Part shown: positions 1 to 11,280 of the stretch, piece after piece
How positions within the stretch are numbered: the first letter of the stretch is position 1
Layout of the letters: every line of letters begins with the position of its first letter
NCBI RefSeq assembly: GCF_902459465.1
Contig: NC_047070.1
Span: 310,001 to 374,000 of the forward strand
Direction of reading: 5' to 3'
DNA length: 64,000 nt
Source of the DNA: Asterias rubens
Taxonomy: Eukaryota
Position numbers and translations under genes: made by a program
The notes under the pieces: generated by a model
Seen by the model: the letters and a program-made list of their open reading frames with translations, nothing else
Told to the model about the DNA's origin: nothing
The model's database searches: none

Positions 1-15
1 AAATTAATTTTACAG

Positions 16-3000
16 TAATGACAGATGATGATTATGTGGCATGTTACTGGATGCAGTTAGACAAAGCAGTGAGACAATTACTTTATCAACAACCAGGAGT
101 TTCCATCAGAATATCTTATGAACAAATGTACAGGTAATTAAATCAATTCAAATCAATTCAAATCAAATACCTCATTCTTGCATTATGTGAATAAGTCAAT
201 GTGGTTGACAAGAATATCAGGAGTTTGTCGTCAACTTTGAGTGATTCATCAGCCCTTGATGGGATTATGTAACAGTTTTCTAGGGTAGTTAAGGGTATCT
301 GATTGCTGGTATCACTCTTCATTGCTTGTTTTATCAAGTAAACAAACATGATGATCCTTTTGTTATCAAACTTGCAGTCATTGTAGATTTAATGTGAAAA
401 TATTGGCCTAATTTCCATGGAAAACTTTCCCTTAAACTTTTTTTTGAAATCAGTTAATGATTACCTTTAAGAGAAAATTTCCAAAACTGTAAGTGTACTT
501 TACATTGTGAATGTTTTGTTTGTTCCACAGTTGCGTTTATAAATGTGTTTGTCAACAATATTCGGAGCGGATGTACAAGGATTTGAGGAGACTTATCACT
601 GCTTACTTGGAGGATAAATTCATTTATCTACAGGTATTGGAACAGGTAGACAAGTGTGCTGTGGGGGGGGGGGTTGTGCAGTGGAAGAATGGTTAAGATC
701 ATGTGACTCAAGCTCTGGCTTGTTCATTGCTGAAGTCCCATCTTATGTAAACCGCTTCATATCATCAGTTTAATGAAAGTGTTGAAAAATAAAGTTTGAC
801 CGATGAAAAAGCTGATGGACTCGTGAAATGACAAATTAACTGGTCCTATTGGCTAGTCTAGCTACAGAAATTAAGAGCAAACCAAGGTTTTTTAATACCA
901 GAATATGATTGTAAAAAGTGATTTAGTAGTTACGGATTTAATAAGTTCTTCAATTCTGCATTTGTTAAAAGCACTTAAACATTTATTTGATTTGTCATTT
1001 AGATGTGCACTGGGACCGAGTTTCTGAAGCAATTCCATTCTGTGCTCAAGCAATACACCGTAGCTCTTGGAGGAATAGTACCCATATTTACATTTTTGGT
1101 AAGTTTTGTCTTTGTGAATGTTTTTAATCTTTTTTGATTTGGAAAAATTACTATTGGGCGGGATTTGAACCAACGACCTCCATATTAACGTGCAGACGCT
1201 CCACAAAATGAGCTATCTAGCCTATATTGTCTGTCTCCTTTTTTTGTCATTATCTTCATTCAGGGGTGCCACCCAGAAGCCATAATCTTTTTTGTTTGTT
1301 GAATCTTACCAATGTTGTATTATAAGATCCAACGCACTAATATAATGTTTCTGTTTATTTGTTCTTTTTTACAGAATAGATTTTATATCACTCAGAAGCT
1401 CAGGACAGAACTAAGACCAGAATTGGAGAAATTGTTTTTACAGAACTTAAATACAACTATATATCACGCACTAGGTAAGAATTGACAGATTTGACCAAGA
1501 AAGCTGTTACTTAGGGAGTATAATGGTTTGTTGCATACCAAGCAATTATTAAAGTACAACATTAAAATGTTGTACAAAGTCCTTTACAATATCAGTCCAA
1601 ATTTATTATTATTATTATTATTGCTCTGGTTTATTGAAATGTATTCAAAATTTGTGGCGCGAGGCCGAAGTGGATCTGGAATTTAATTTACAAAGAGATA
1701 AAAACATGCAAAGATTCATACAATTTTTTAAAGGATAAAATTTACACACAAAACTTATACAAATTTAGTTAAAACTGGGATAGGGCTGTTTTTAAACCTT
1801 TCTGTCCGGCAATAAGGAGTTACAAAGATTCTTGGATCTACATGGAGGGAGCCATTCTCTGTACCCTGATGGGTAAAACAAGTTAGGTCCCGAGTTTCAA
1901 GGAGAGCTGATCTCATCTTACTTTAAGAGTCTCAATTTTGAACTTATTACAAATAAACTGGTAAGATGTATGACTCCTTAGATCAATAGAGAGAATGGTT
2001 CAGACAAGACAATCAGCAGATTCTACTAAGTACATTAAATATTGCTAGCTAAGAATTCTCACCAATATTGAATTATTCCTTGTTGAACTTTTAGTGCAGT
2101 TACACGAAGCGCAGGAAAAACCTTTCTCTGTGGATCCATCTATTGCATCAGATATAGTCCATGGACTCTTCTCCTTTAATCCAGGTAAGTCTAAAAGAAT
2201 GATACCATCTACCAGGCTTTAGCAATGAACCAAAACTATCTACTAAAAACAGCAATTTCTGAGACTCGCAGGGCATTCATACAGAAACCATCAACCAGAC
2301 TTTAGCAATGAACCAAAACTATGTACTAAAAACAGCAACATCTGAGATTCGCAGGGCAGGGCATTCATACAGAAACCATCAACCAGACTTTAGCAATGAA
2401 CCAAAACTATGTACTAAAAATAGCAACATCTGAGATTCGCAGGGCAGGGCATTCATACAGAAACCATCAACCAGACTTTAGCAATGAACCAAAACTATGT
2501 ACTAAAAACAGCAACATCTGAGATTCGCAGGGTACTCGTACAAAAACACCAAAGAACGGGCCTCTCAGCTTACCACCTGGGCACCAAAACATAGGAGGAA
2601 AAACAGATGAAGACACAAGCTGACTTGTACAGATTAAGTCATGGTAGTTGCCAGGGACATTGGGGTGCGTCCAACCGAACTCCCCATCTTAAAGCCATTG
2701 GACACTTTCGAAACAGAATTGTTTTTTTAAAGTTCACAGATTTACAAATAACTTACAGGGTTTACAGAAGGGAATGGTGAAAAACTTCTCTTGAAATATT
2801 ATTCCAGGAAATGCTTTACTTTTTGAGAAAACATTAAAACAATATAAATTCTCGGTATCGAGAATTACGGATTTAATCTAAACACATGTCATGACACTGC
2901 GAAACGTGCGGAAACAAGGGTGGGTTTCCCCGTTATTTTCTCCCGACTCCGATGACCAATTGAGCCTAAATTTTCACAGGTTTGTTATTTTATATATAAG

Positions 3001-4950
3001 TTGTGATACACGAAGTGTGGGCCTTGGACAATACTGTTTACCGAAAGTGTCCATTGGCTTTAATGGGAGATAGAGAAGAATTGGCACCTCTCAACATGAT
3101 TCAAACCTTGGTTGTCTAGCGACAGAGAGAGACCAGAACTTAACCAAACAAACTCCTCCAAGATTCATCTCAAGAATTGGCCTAAATTTGATTGATTTGA
3201 TTCTGTTTACCCACTGTTATACTTGATCTTGTTCTTGCTGTAGATTATGCGGACTTACACCCAGGGCTGTTTGCTAAATACATTCCAAGTATCTTGCCAC
3301 CATGTCTTATAGAAAACATCCCGGACTACATCAAGGAATCACATGAGATGAGGATTCAACTTCTCTCTCATCAAGAATTTAACCGGTAGGTACTCTTCAA
3401 GATGAAACTAGTTCTTATATAGCGCATTTTACAATAGCTCCTTGGGGAGTATACAGCCCCAGCTGCTGTGGCGCTAAGAAGGCTTAGGTACTCTTCAAGA
3501 TGAAACTAGTTCTTATATAGCGCATTTTACAATAGCTCCTTGGGGAGTATACAGCCCCAGCTGCTGTGGCGCTAAGAAGGCTTAGGTACTCTTCAAGATG
3601 AAACTAGTTCTTATATAGCGCATTTTACAATAGCTCCTTGGGGAGTATACAGCCCCAGCTGCTGTGGCGCTAAGAAGGCTTAGGTACTCTTCAAGATGAA
3701 ACTAGTTCTTATATAGCGCATTTTACAATAGCTCCTTGGGGAGTATACAGCCCCAGCTGCTGTGGCGCTAAGAAGGCTTAGGTACTCTTCAAGATGAAAC
3801 TAGTTCTTATATAGCGCATTTTACAATAGCTCCTTGGGGAGTATACAGCCCCAGCTGCTGTGGCGCTAAGAAGGCTTAGGTACTCTTCAAGATGAAACTA
3901 GTTCTTATATAGCGCATTTTACAATAGCTCCTTGGGGAGTATACAGCCCCAGCTGCTGTGGCGCTAAGAAGGCTTAGGTACTCTTCAAGATGAAACTAGT
4001 TCTTATATAGCGCATTTTACAATAGCTCCTTGGGGAGTATACAGCCCCAGCTGCTGTGGCGCTAAGAAGGCTTTTTTATAAACATTATCAACCTCTACCC
4101 TCAAAAGTACCCATTTATACCTCTTGGTGAAGAGAAGCATTTATATTAAGGCATTTTGCTCTAAGACATGACTGGGATTCAAGCCCCTTATCCAATGACT
4201 TAACCACCTGAAATTAAATTTGACATTCTAACTGCTTGGTCGTGACGCTCATGACTCAAACAAAAGGAGCTTTCAATTGTCAGTGTAAAAGGCACAAGGC
4301 TTTACCAAACCATATCTTTAAATTCACCCATATATTGATGCATGGAGAGCACTGTAGTACTTGGTGTTGTCTGAATCCTGCCAGAAAAAAACCAAGGCTA
4401 CTCGGGTGGGATTCGGACCCAGGAGCAATGCATTTTGCATCAGCAGATGTCTTAACCACTAGACCATTGTATAGACTCGGTAATGAGAGGTCAGTTTAAA
4501 TCCTATAATAAGCAGTGTGTACTACAGCACCAAATCTACTGACACACTAGGGCAAACCTCTTCTTTTAGCGATAAGTGTAACTGGGTGCATTACATAGGA
4601 CACAAGACCCACGGCTCTACCTCTCATCAGAAGGACACAGTTATAATAGTCAAGTGTCACAACTGGGACTCGAACCCACACTCTGCTGATTAGGCACACC
4701 AGAGCTCCAGTCCGGTGCTCTAAACTGCTTGGTTTAGAAAATGCTGCGATGCAACCTTCTGCCAACTTAGATGCGATTATTACAGCTTTGACAAAACCAG
4801 TCATTGAATAGTGGAAGGTTTGAGTTAACTTATGTATTCTCATCACTGTTTTTAACTTTGAATTCTACCTTTTGTTGTTTGACTTTTTGTAGAAATAATC
4901 AATGTCAGAGGAAAAGATGCAATGATGCAGAGACTACAATGAAGAGGTGA
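16..4950 (+). CDS. CACUL1: CDK2-associated and cullin domain-containing protein 1, 5'-partial. Exons 16-133, 531-633, 1003-1098, 1375-1474, 2095-2184, 3244-3385, 4893-4950 (stop TGA)
   Basis: All junctions are AG/GT with consistent phases. Translation includes [47 protein letters not shown] and [12 protein letters not shown], matching CACUL1 as I recall it ([38 protein letters not shown]). Confidence 0.92.
2211..2532. repeat. Intronic tandem repeat, 83-88 bp unit, about 3.7 copies
   Basis: ACCAGRCTTTAGCAATGAACCAAAACTAT... recurs at 2211, 2294, 2382 and 2470. Confidence 0.9.
2689..3063. mobile_element. TTAA-flanked MITE (Kolobok/T2-like)
   Basis: TTAA-AGCCATTGGACACTTTCG ... CGAAAGTGTCCATTGGCT-TTAA. 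Confidence 0.85.
3387..4072. repeat. Tandem repeat, 98 bp x 7, starting at the CACUL1 exon-6 donor
   Basis: TAGGTACTCTTCAAG...AAGGCT units at 3387, 3485, 3583, 3681, 3779, 3877 and 3975, essentially identical. Confidence 0.95.
4300..4730 (-). mobile_element. Cluster of two further SINE copies in the last CACUL1 intron
   Basis: Reverse B-box motifs GGGATTCGGACC (~4390) and GGGACTCGAACC (~4665) with SINE cores; a related copy lies at ~30150-30440. Confidence 0.65.
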
Positions 4951-5016
4951 CACTAAGAAAACATGGCGAACACAATGAATAATTACAGTCTAAATCTACG
5001 ATCCTTCACACAGACT

Positions 5017-5475
5017 AATAATAATAATAATAAGACTTGTAATGCGCACATATCCACCCTGCTGGGTGTTCAATGCGCAGTAAAACCAAAAACAAAACAA
5101 AAACAAAACACAACACAAAGAAAAACAGACACAACAAAATTAGTCATTGAAAACCTGTGACATAAGATAAGTTTTCAGAAGAGACTTGAATTTTGCAGTA
5201 CAAAGACAAGATCGAAGATTAAGTGGTAGAGAGTTCCAGATGCGTGGCGCGGCTGAAGAAAAAGACCTGTCACCCCATGAGTGTCGAGACTTGGGTTCAA
5301 TGAGGAGAAGCATAGAACTTGATCGAAGATTCCTTGATGGAGTGTAAACTTGAAGCAGTTCAGAAATATAGTGGGGAGCCTTGCCATTAAGAGCTTTGTG
5401 GACAATGAGCATCAGCTTGAAGATGATACGTTGAGAGATAGGGACTATAATGAAAAGGTGACAATAAGATAACAC
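5017..5475 (-). mobile_element. L2-type LINE 3' fragment with short tandem (TAA/TTA)n tail
   Basis: ORF 5475-5140 reads QRIIFK...HKALNGKAPHYISELL...RNLRSS...GDRSFSSAAPRIWNSLP...FKSLLKTYL, typical of the L2/CR1 ORF2 C-terminus. Confidence 0.85.
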
Positions 5476-6170
5476 TGAGAAAACACTGAAGAATTACAGA
5501 CTGTATCCACGATCCTTCACACAGACTGTAATGAAGAGGTGACACTTAGAAAACACTGATAAAACACTGAAGAAGGATTGCTCTCTAAACCACTGGTACT
5601 TCACATAGGAGAGACTATCATACGGCGGTGAAACTGAGAAAACACAGAAGAACACCGAAGAACCACACTATGGACCCCTGTTTTTCAGCCAGAGATTACA
5701 ATGACAAGGATGTCCGGCTGGCGTAGTGGTATCTATCCAGGCCTTCTACCTCTAGGATGCAGTTCAAATCAAGCCGTGAATGTGGATTGGGTTTTCAGTC
5801 AAATACCTGACTGTGTTTTTTCATGGACCTCCCACATCTAAACCTGAAACTACCTTCCTTGTCTTCTCTCCATTGGGTTCTTGGCTAGTACAGTGATTAA
5901 GTTTGCTTTTCTGAGAGTCCCTGACTTCACAACCAGAATTAATTAATGAAATGAAATGAGTTTACACTAAGAAACATCTGAAGATGAACCACACTCTAAT
6001 CCCAGATCTTTCACCCAGAGAGTTTGAGGAGTTTACACTAAGAAACACTGAACCTGGTCGGCTGAAAAGTTCCTGATGGTCTTAGCTTAGGCGCAGTGTG
6101 ATCCTGAAAAGTCAGTCGCTGACTGAGGCCACCTTAAGAAACACTGAAGAAGTACACTCTCCAAACCATA

Positions 6171-6810
6171 CCCCTGATGTTTCATCCAGATCATTACGTG
6201 TTTAAGAAGGGCTGCAATCTTGAGCCCTGGTCTTTCAACCCAAGACTATAATGAAGTGGTAACACTAAGAACACTGAAGAACTACACTCCAAAACAAACC
6301 CCTGATGTTTCATCCAGATCATTACGTGTTTAAGAAGGGCTGCAATCTTGAGCCCTGGTCTTTCAACCCAAGACTATAATGAAGTGGTAACACTAAGAAC
6401 ACTGAAGAACTACACTCCAAAACAAACCCCTGATGTTTCATCCAGATCATTACGTGTTTAAGAAGGGCTGCAATCTTGAGCCCTGGTCTTTCAACCCAAG
6501 ACTATAATGAAGTGGTAACACTAAGAACACTGAAGAACTACACTCCAAAACAAACCCCTGATGTTTCATCCAGATCATTACGTGTTTAAGAAGGACTGCA
6601 ATCTTGAGCCCTGGTCTTTCAACCCAAGACTATAATGAAGTGGTAACACTAAGAACACTGAAGAACTACACTCCAAAACAAACCCCTGATGTTTCATCCA
6701 GATCATTACGTGTTTAAGAAGGACTGCAATCTTGAGCCCTGGTCTTTCAACCCAAGACTATAATGAAGTGGTAACACTAAGAACACTGAAGAACTACACT
6801 CTAAAACAAA
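6171..6810. repeat. Tandem repeat, 128 bp x 5, downstream of the CACUL1 stop
   Basis: CCCCTGATGTTTCATCCAG... at 6171, 6299, 6427, 6555 and 6683. Confidence 0.93.
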
Positions 6811-8384
6811 CCCTTGGTATTACACATGAGTATCATCATTGCCATTTTGTTCTCAAATCCCTAAACAGAGTTTGGACCTGTATAGATTCTAGAGACTTGA
6901 CCGACCGTCACTTCATTCAAAGTGAGGTCATAATTCCATGTATTTTTAAAGGGTTTTTAAACTAGTCATCATTTGATCATGTATATACATATTTTTTTAT
7001 ACTTCACAGGTTGAAATTTTACAGCACCAGACCATTTGAGATTCTGATGAACAGGTCTAAAAAATGTGCCTGGGATTTTTTTTCTCTCAGAACTTGTATC
7101 AGTGTAAAACCAAAATGACAATTCAACTAGGATTTAGTTTCAATGTGTCGAGATAAAAGGTTACTTTTCATGTCATAATTTGACAGGAAATACTTCCCTA
7201 ATTTGAGCTAGTTCTGATGAATATTTTAAAATGGGATTGTATGCCTGATTTAAATATTTTAAATATTGACGGGTTGAAATTAAAGAAATTTGAATTAAGG
7301 CCCTAGATTGTTACCACACACCCGTACTTTTACACAGTGTATTCATAAATCGATTTTAATATTCAGGGTAAAAGTTGACTCGGTTGTGCCTGCATTTTAG
7401 TCCCCTATGAACTTTGAAGGTCAGTGTGCCTTGACAATCGGTTTTTTATATTTATATTTTAGAAGTTAAACGTACGGAAGTGTTAAAGTTGAAGGAGAGC
7501 AAAACAGAACATAGAGTCATTAGTTTGATTTATATTGTCCTAGTTATGAGATAGTACCAGTCATAATTTTGACCTATACCATTAGTCATAATTATGAGAT
7601 TTAACTAACAAAATATGGGATATGCTTACTGGGTATAAGTCTATGACTTGGACTACATGTAATGTCATAATTAGCCTCTTTGTAGATTCAAAGGGAATTC
7701 AGCCCTTGAACTGCAAGGTTTGAATGTTTTATGAAACCAGATAATAAAACTTATGAGATGTTTAGTCATGATTACGACTTTCTTTTGTGTTGCTCAATTA
7801 AGCCTTAAATGCTTCCATAGTAAGGTATGAAATGGTTTTTAGATTAATATGACATTTTACTATTGACTAAATTAGTTTGATAATAATGGTTGTATGGATG
7901 GAAAATTAATTGTTTTATAAAAGCACAAAAATGAACAAGTAGAGAGAGAAAGTTTTTTTTTATCTTAGTTTGAAAAACCAGTGTGCTGTACTGAATGATA
8001 GCAGGGTTTGGCAACTTTATTGAAAAGATAGTTGACTTTATTATTTTGCAAAGTTATAACAAATATTTTGACCCTTAAAATTTAATTTCCTGGATTGCAT
8101 GGTGTATTTATGCGTTTTAGCATCATAATTATGTCGCCTACTTAAAACAGTCAATGTGTTTTATTTGTAAATCATGGTTTTACTTTTTAGTTAATAAGAG
8201 CCTTTTATGGACAGAATAAACACTAGATAAAGAATAACTTGATATATTTTATTTGATAAGAGAATTCCAATCATGTAAAAAGTGAGATGTTTCTGAAAGT
8301 TTTAAAGTCGGGTTGTAATAAGATGATAATAAAAACAAGTTAGTAAATAAAAAGAACTTTATGGAGTGACATTGATATAATTGT

Positions 8385-8704
8385 TCAAGGTACTGGACAC
8401 TATTGGTAATTACTCAAAATTATTTTTGGCATAAGAAACGGCTCCTTCTGAGGTAACGTAGTTTTCCACAAATTTGAATTCGAGACCTCACAATTAGATT
8501 TTGAGGTCACGAAATCAAACATCTGTAAGCAAACAACTTCGTGTGACAAGTGTGTTATTTTAGTTTCTTTTATTACTATCTCGCAACTCATTGACGACCA
8601 ATTGAGCTTAATTTTTGTTTATATGTTATTTTATGCATATGTTCAGATACAGCAAGTGAGAAGACTGGTATTTGACAATTACCAATAGTGTCCACTGTCT
8701 TTAA
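8385..8704. mobile_element. Kolobok/T2-like MITE, main family
   Basis: Terminal inverted repeats (TIRs) AGGTACTGGACACTATTGGTAATT ... AATTACCAATAGTGTCCACTGTCT-TTAA; internal deletion. Confidence 0.85.
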
Positions 8705-10871
8705 ATCGAATATTGTTCAGTAATCAACAATGCACATCTCTACATCTCAGATACATGTAGAACATGCTCTCAATGACCAATTGTATCAACTAGTGTTTAG
8801 GTGATGGTGGTGGTTGGGGGGGGGGGGTATTACACCTAAATGTAATTAGATACAATTGATGCAAGGTTCCCAATCCAACGAAACATTTGACTTCGCGTAT
8901 TTTTGGCCGCATGAAATATCATAACGCTACACGAGATTGTTACAGGACCTTGAGCTACCATAGTAATTGTGCAATGCAATGTTCTGGTCCGAGGTCATGG
9001 CCATAAGAACTTTACAAACTCTGATCTGAACTAAAATATACGTAGAAAGAAATGACACTTATTTCTGTGTATTTTTATAGTCTTCCTCTTATCCATTAAT
9101 TTGTACAACATCTACATACAAACTTAAGATAATTGCGATAGAAATTAAATAGTATACTTCATACACTTCGAACAAAATTCCATTTCGACTTAAGACGAAT
9201 GTGGCTTGACAGGGCTAGCCAATGAAAAGTTAACACTTTTCTCTCAAAAATAACAACTTATCTCAAGACACGGGTTACGACTTCATAAACGAGAATTTGG
9301 GTCCTTGTAGAGGCACTGGTCATTACTCAAAATACCTGATAGCATAACAAGCTGGAAAAGTTTCCGTATGGCGCCACCACTTTTTCATTCGATATGAAAT
9401 AATATAGTATCTAATTTACCCCAATGAGATATCCCTTTTTGTAAAAAAGGGTGAACAACTGGTGCCCGCAAACGGAAAGTTATCCTTTCTTCCATTTGTC
9501 CCCTACAACTTTGATTACCAACCGAGTAAAAATTGTCACTGATTTGTTATTGTTTCCATATGTATGGATGCGAGAATACTGGTCTTCGAGACCAAAGGTT
9601 TCCGTGCATTTTACCTCGTGACCACATAATAGACTTATATTATATAGGACGGTTCCGACGGTTCTTTTTCCAGACACAGTTTTGTGATAGTTTGGGGATC
9701 AAAGCATTAGATGCGAAAGTGCTAGTTTTGTAAGCTTTTGAAGAAACAAAATACACCCAATGGAAGCAGTAATAAACTTGCTTAACAAGTGAAATGATTA
9801 GGTTTCTTACCGTAACGAAGACTTCGTGGTGTAAGCACTTAGAGCAATGCAAATCCAGAGCCGACAGCAAGCTCAGTTTTATCCTTGCTTTACTGTTTTA
9901 TGGTATGGCAAGTTCGATGTAGAGGCTGCACAAAAGACGCCAATTTAAACCTTAATGTTTCCGCATTGGAGCGTCGTAGGAAATCAAGACGAGCACCAAC
10001 AGAGAGTCCTAATTGGTGTCCCCTTCCTTTTGTATCTTAAGTCTTCTGGGAATCTCAGGAATTCCTTACAATATTTTTGGGCGGGGGGGGGGGGGGGTCA
10101 ACTTCTGTCCAAGAGGAAAACAAATCACAAATGAATGGTATTTACCCCGCATCCCGGACCAACAAGTGAAAAATAATGTCTAGTTATGTCACTGGTCTTT
10201 ACTGTCCATACAAAATAAAAATGTGGCTCTTGCTGAAGAAGTCATGCAGTATTATAATGACTTTTTTTCTTACAAAAACACACAAAAGAGCTAACACTAA
10301 TTTCTTAAAAAGCCACTTAGGGTATAAATATAAGAATTACTTATAATGTTTTTGATTTGTACAATCAGATTAAAACAAGCTGACTATATATTTACATGAT
10401 AACTCACACTACAGTAAAAAATATATATAAATCACGTGTTCAAACCTCATAAAATATACACAAATTTCTTATTTTGACACTGCTATGGTTTGGTCAAGAA
10501 AGTTACTTTCTTATACTATATACAGCGCCCTCAAGTTTGAAATATTCCTAAACGAAATAAAAACGAAATGCAAGAGTCTTGGAAACAAGTCTAAAAAGAT
10601 GAAACCTTCGGTCTTGCAAACTTCATAAAAATGCATTTAAATGTGGGTGTGATGATCTCCTGCGCGTATTACAGCATAAGAGAATAATTATTGTAAACAG
10701 ATAAACAATGCGAACTATGTTTTACCAGCGGCGTAAGAGGAACACGAAGGAGATCGAGAACAACCACTAACCATTCTTAAATCTTTCCTTGCAGATGCTA
10801 TTGTCATTTGGACTAAAACCATCAAGCAAGGACTGTATAAACTATCAAACTGAAATTAAACTAAAATACCA

Positions 10872-11048
10872 GGGGTGGATTTCACAAAGGTAGTCCTAAC
10901 TTGGACTAGTCCTAGGCAATGCTAAGAGATAGGACTGGTCCTAAGTTAGGACCAGTAACCCATCCTTACTTAGGACTGGTCCTATCTCTTAGTCTTAGCA
11001 TTGCCTAGGACTAGTCCTAAGTTAGGACCACCTTTGTGAAATCCACCC
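10872..11048. mobile_element. Palindromic (foldback) MITE, unclassified, possibly PIF/Harbinger-type
   Basis: GGGGTGGATTTCACAAAG ... CTTTGTGAAATCCACCC with internal TAGGACTAGTCC subrepeats; a sister copy lies at 15577-15725. Confidence 0.8.
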
Positions 11049-11280
11049 TTCAAGTCTTATAACGTGTTAGGCCTACTCACTAAACTTGGAAAAAAATTCT
11101 TTTAGGAGGGGAATGCGCACCACTTGCCAGTCAACAACAGCGTCCCTTTCCGAACGTTCAATTGTTTGGTGTCTGAACGTCCAAAGATTTAGGGAAAGTT
11201 ATATCTAGCTGTGTGGTGTTGGGTTGGGGTTACGTTTGGTTAGGACTAGGGTTAAGGTTAGGGTATGAACGTCTGAAGAT

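Noticed and set aside
4300-5950. tRNA genes suggested by B-box motifs
   Set aside because: No complete cloverleaf; the motifs are heads of SINE copies followed by SINE cores.
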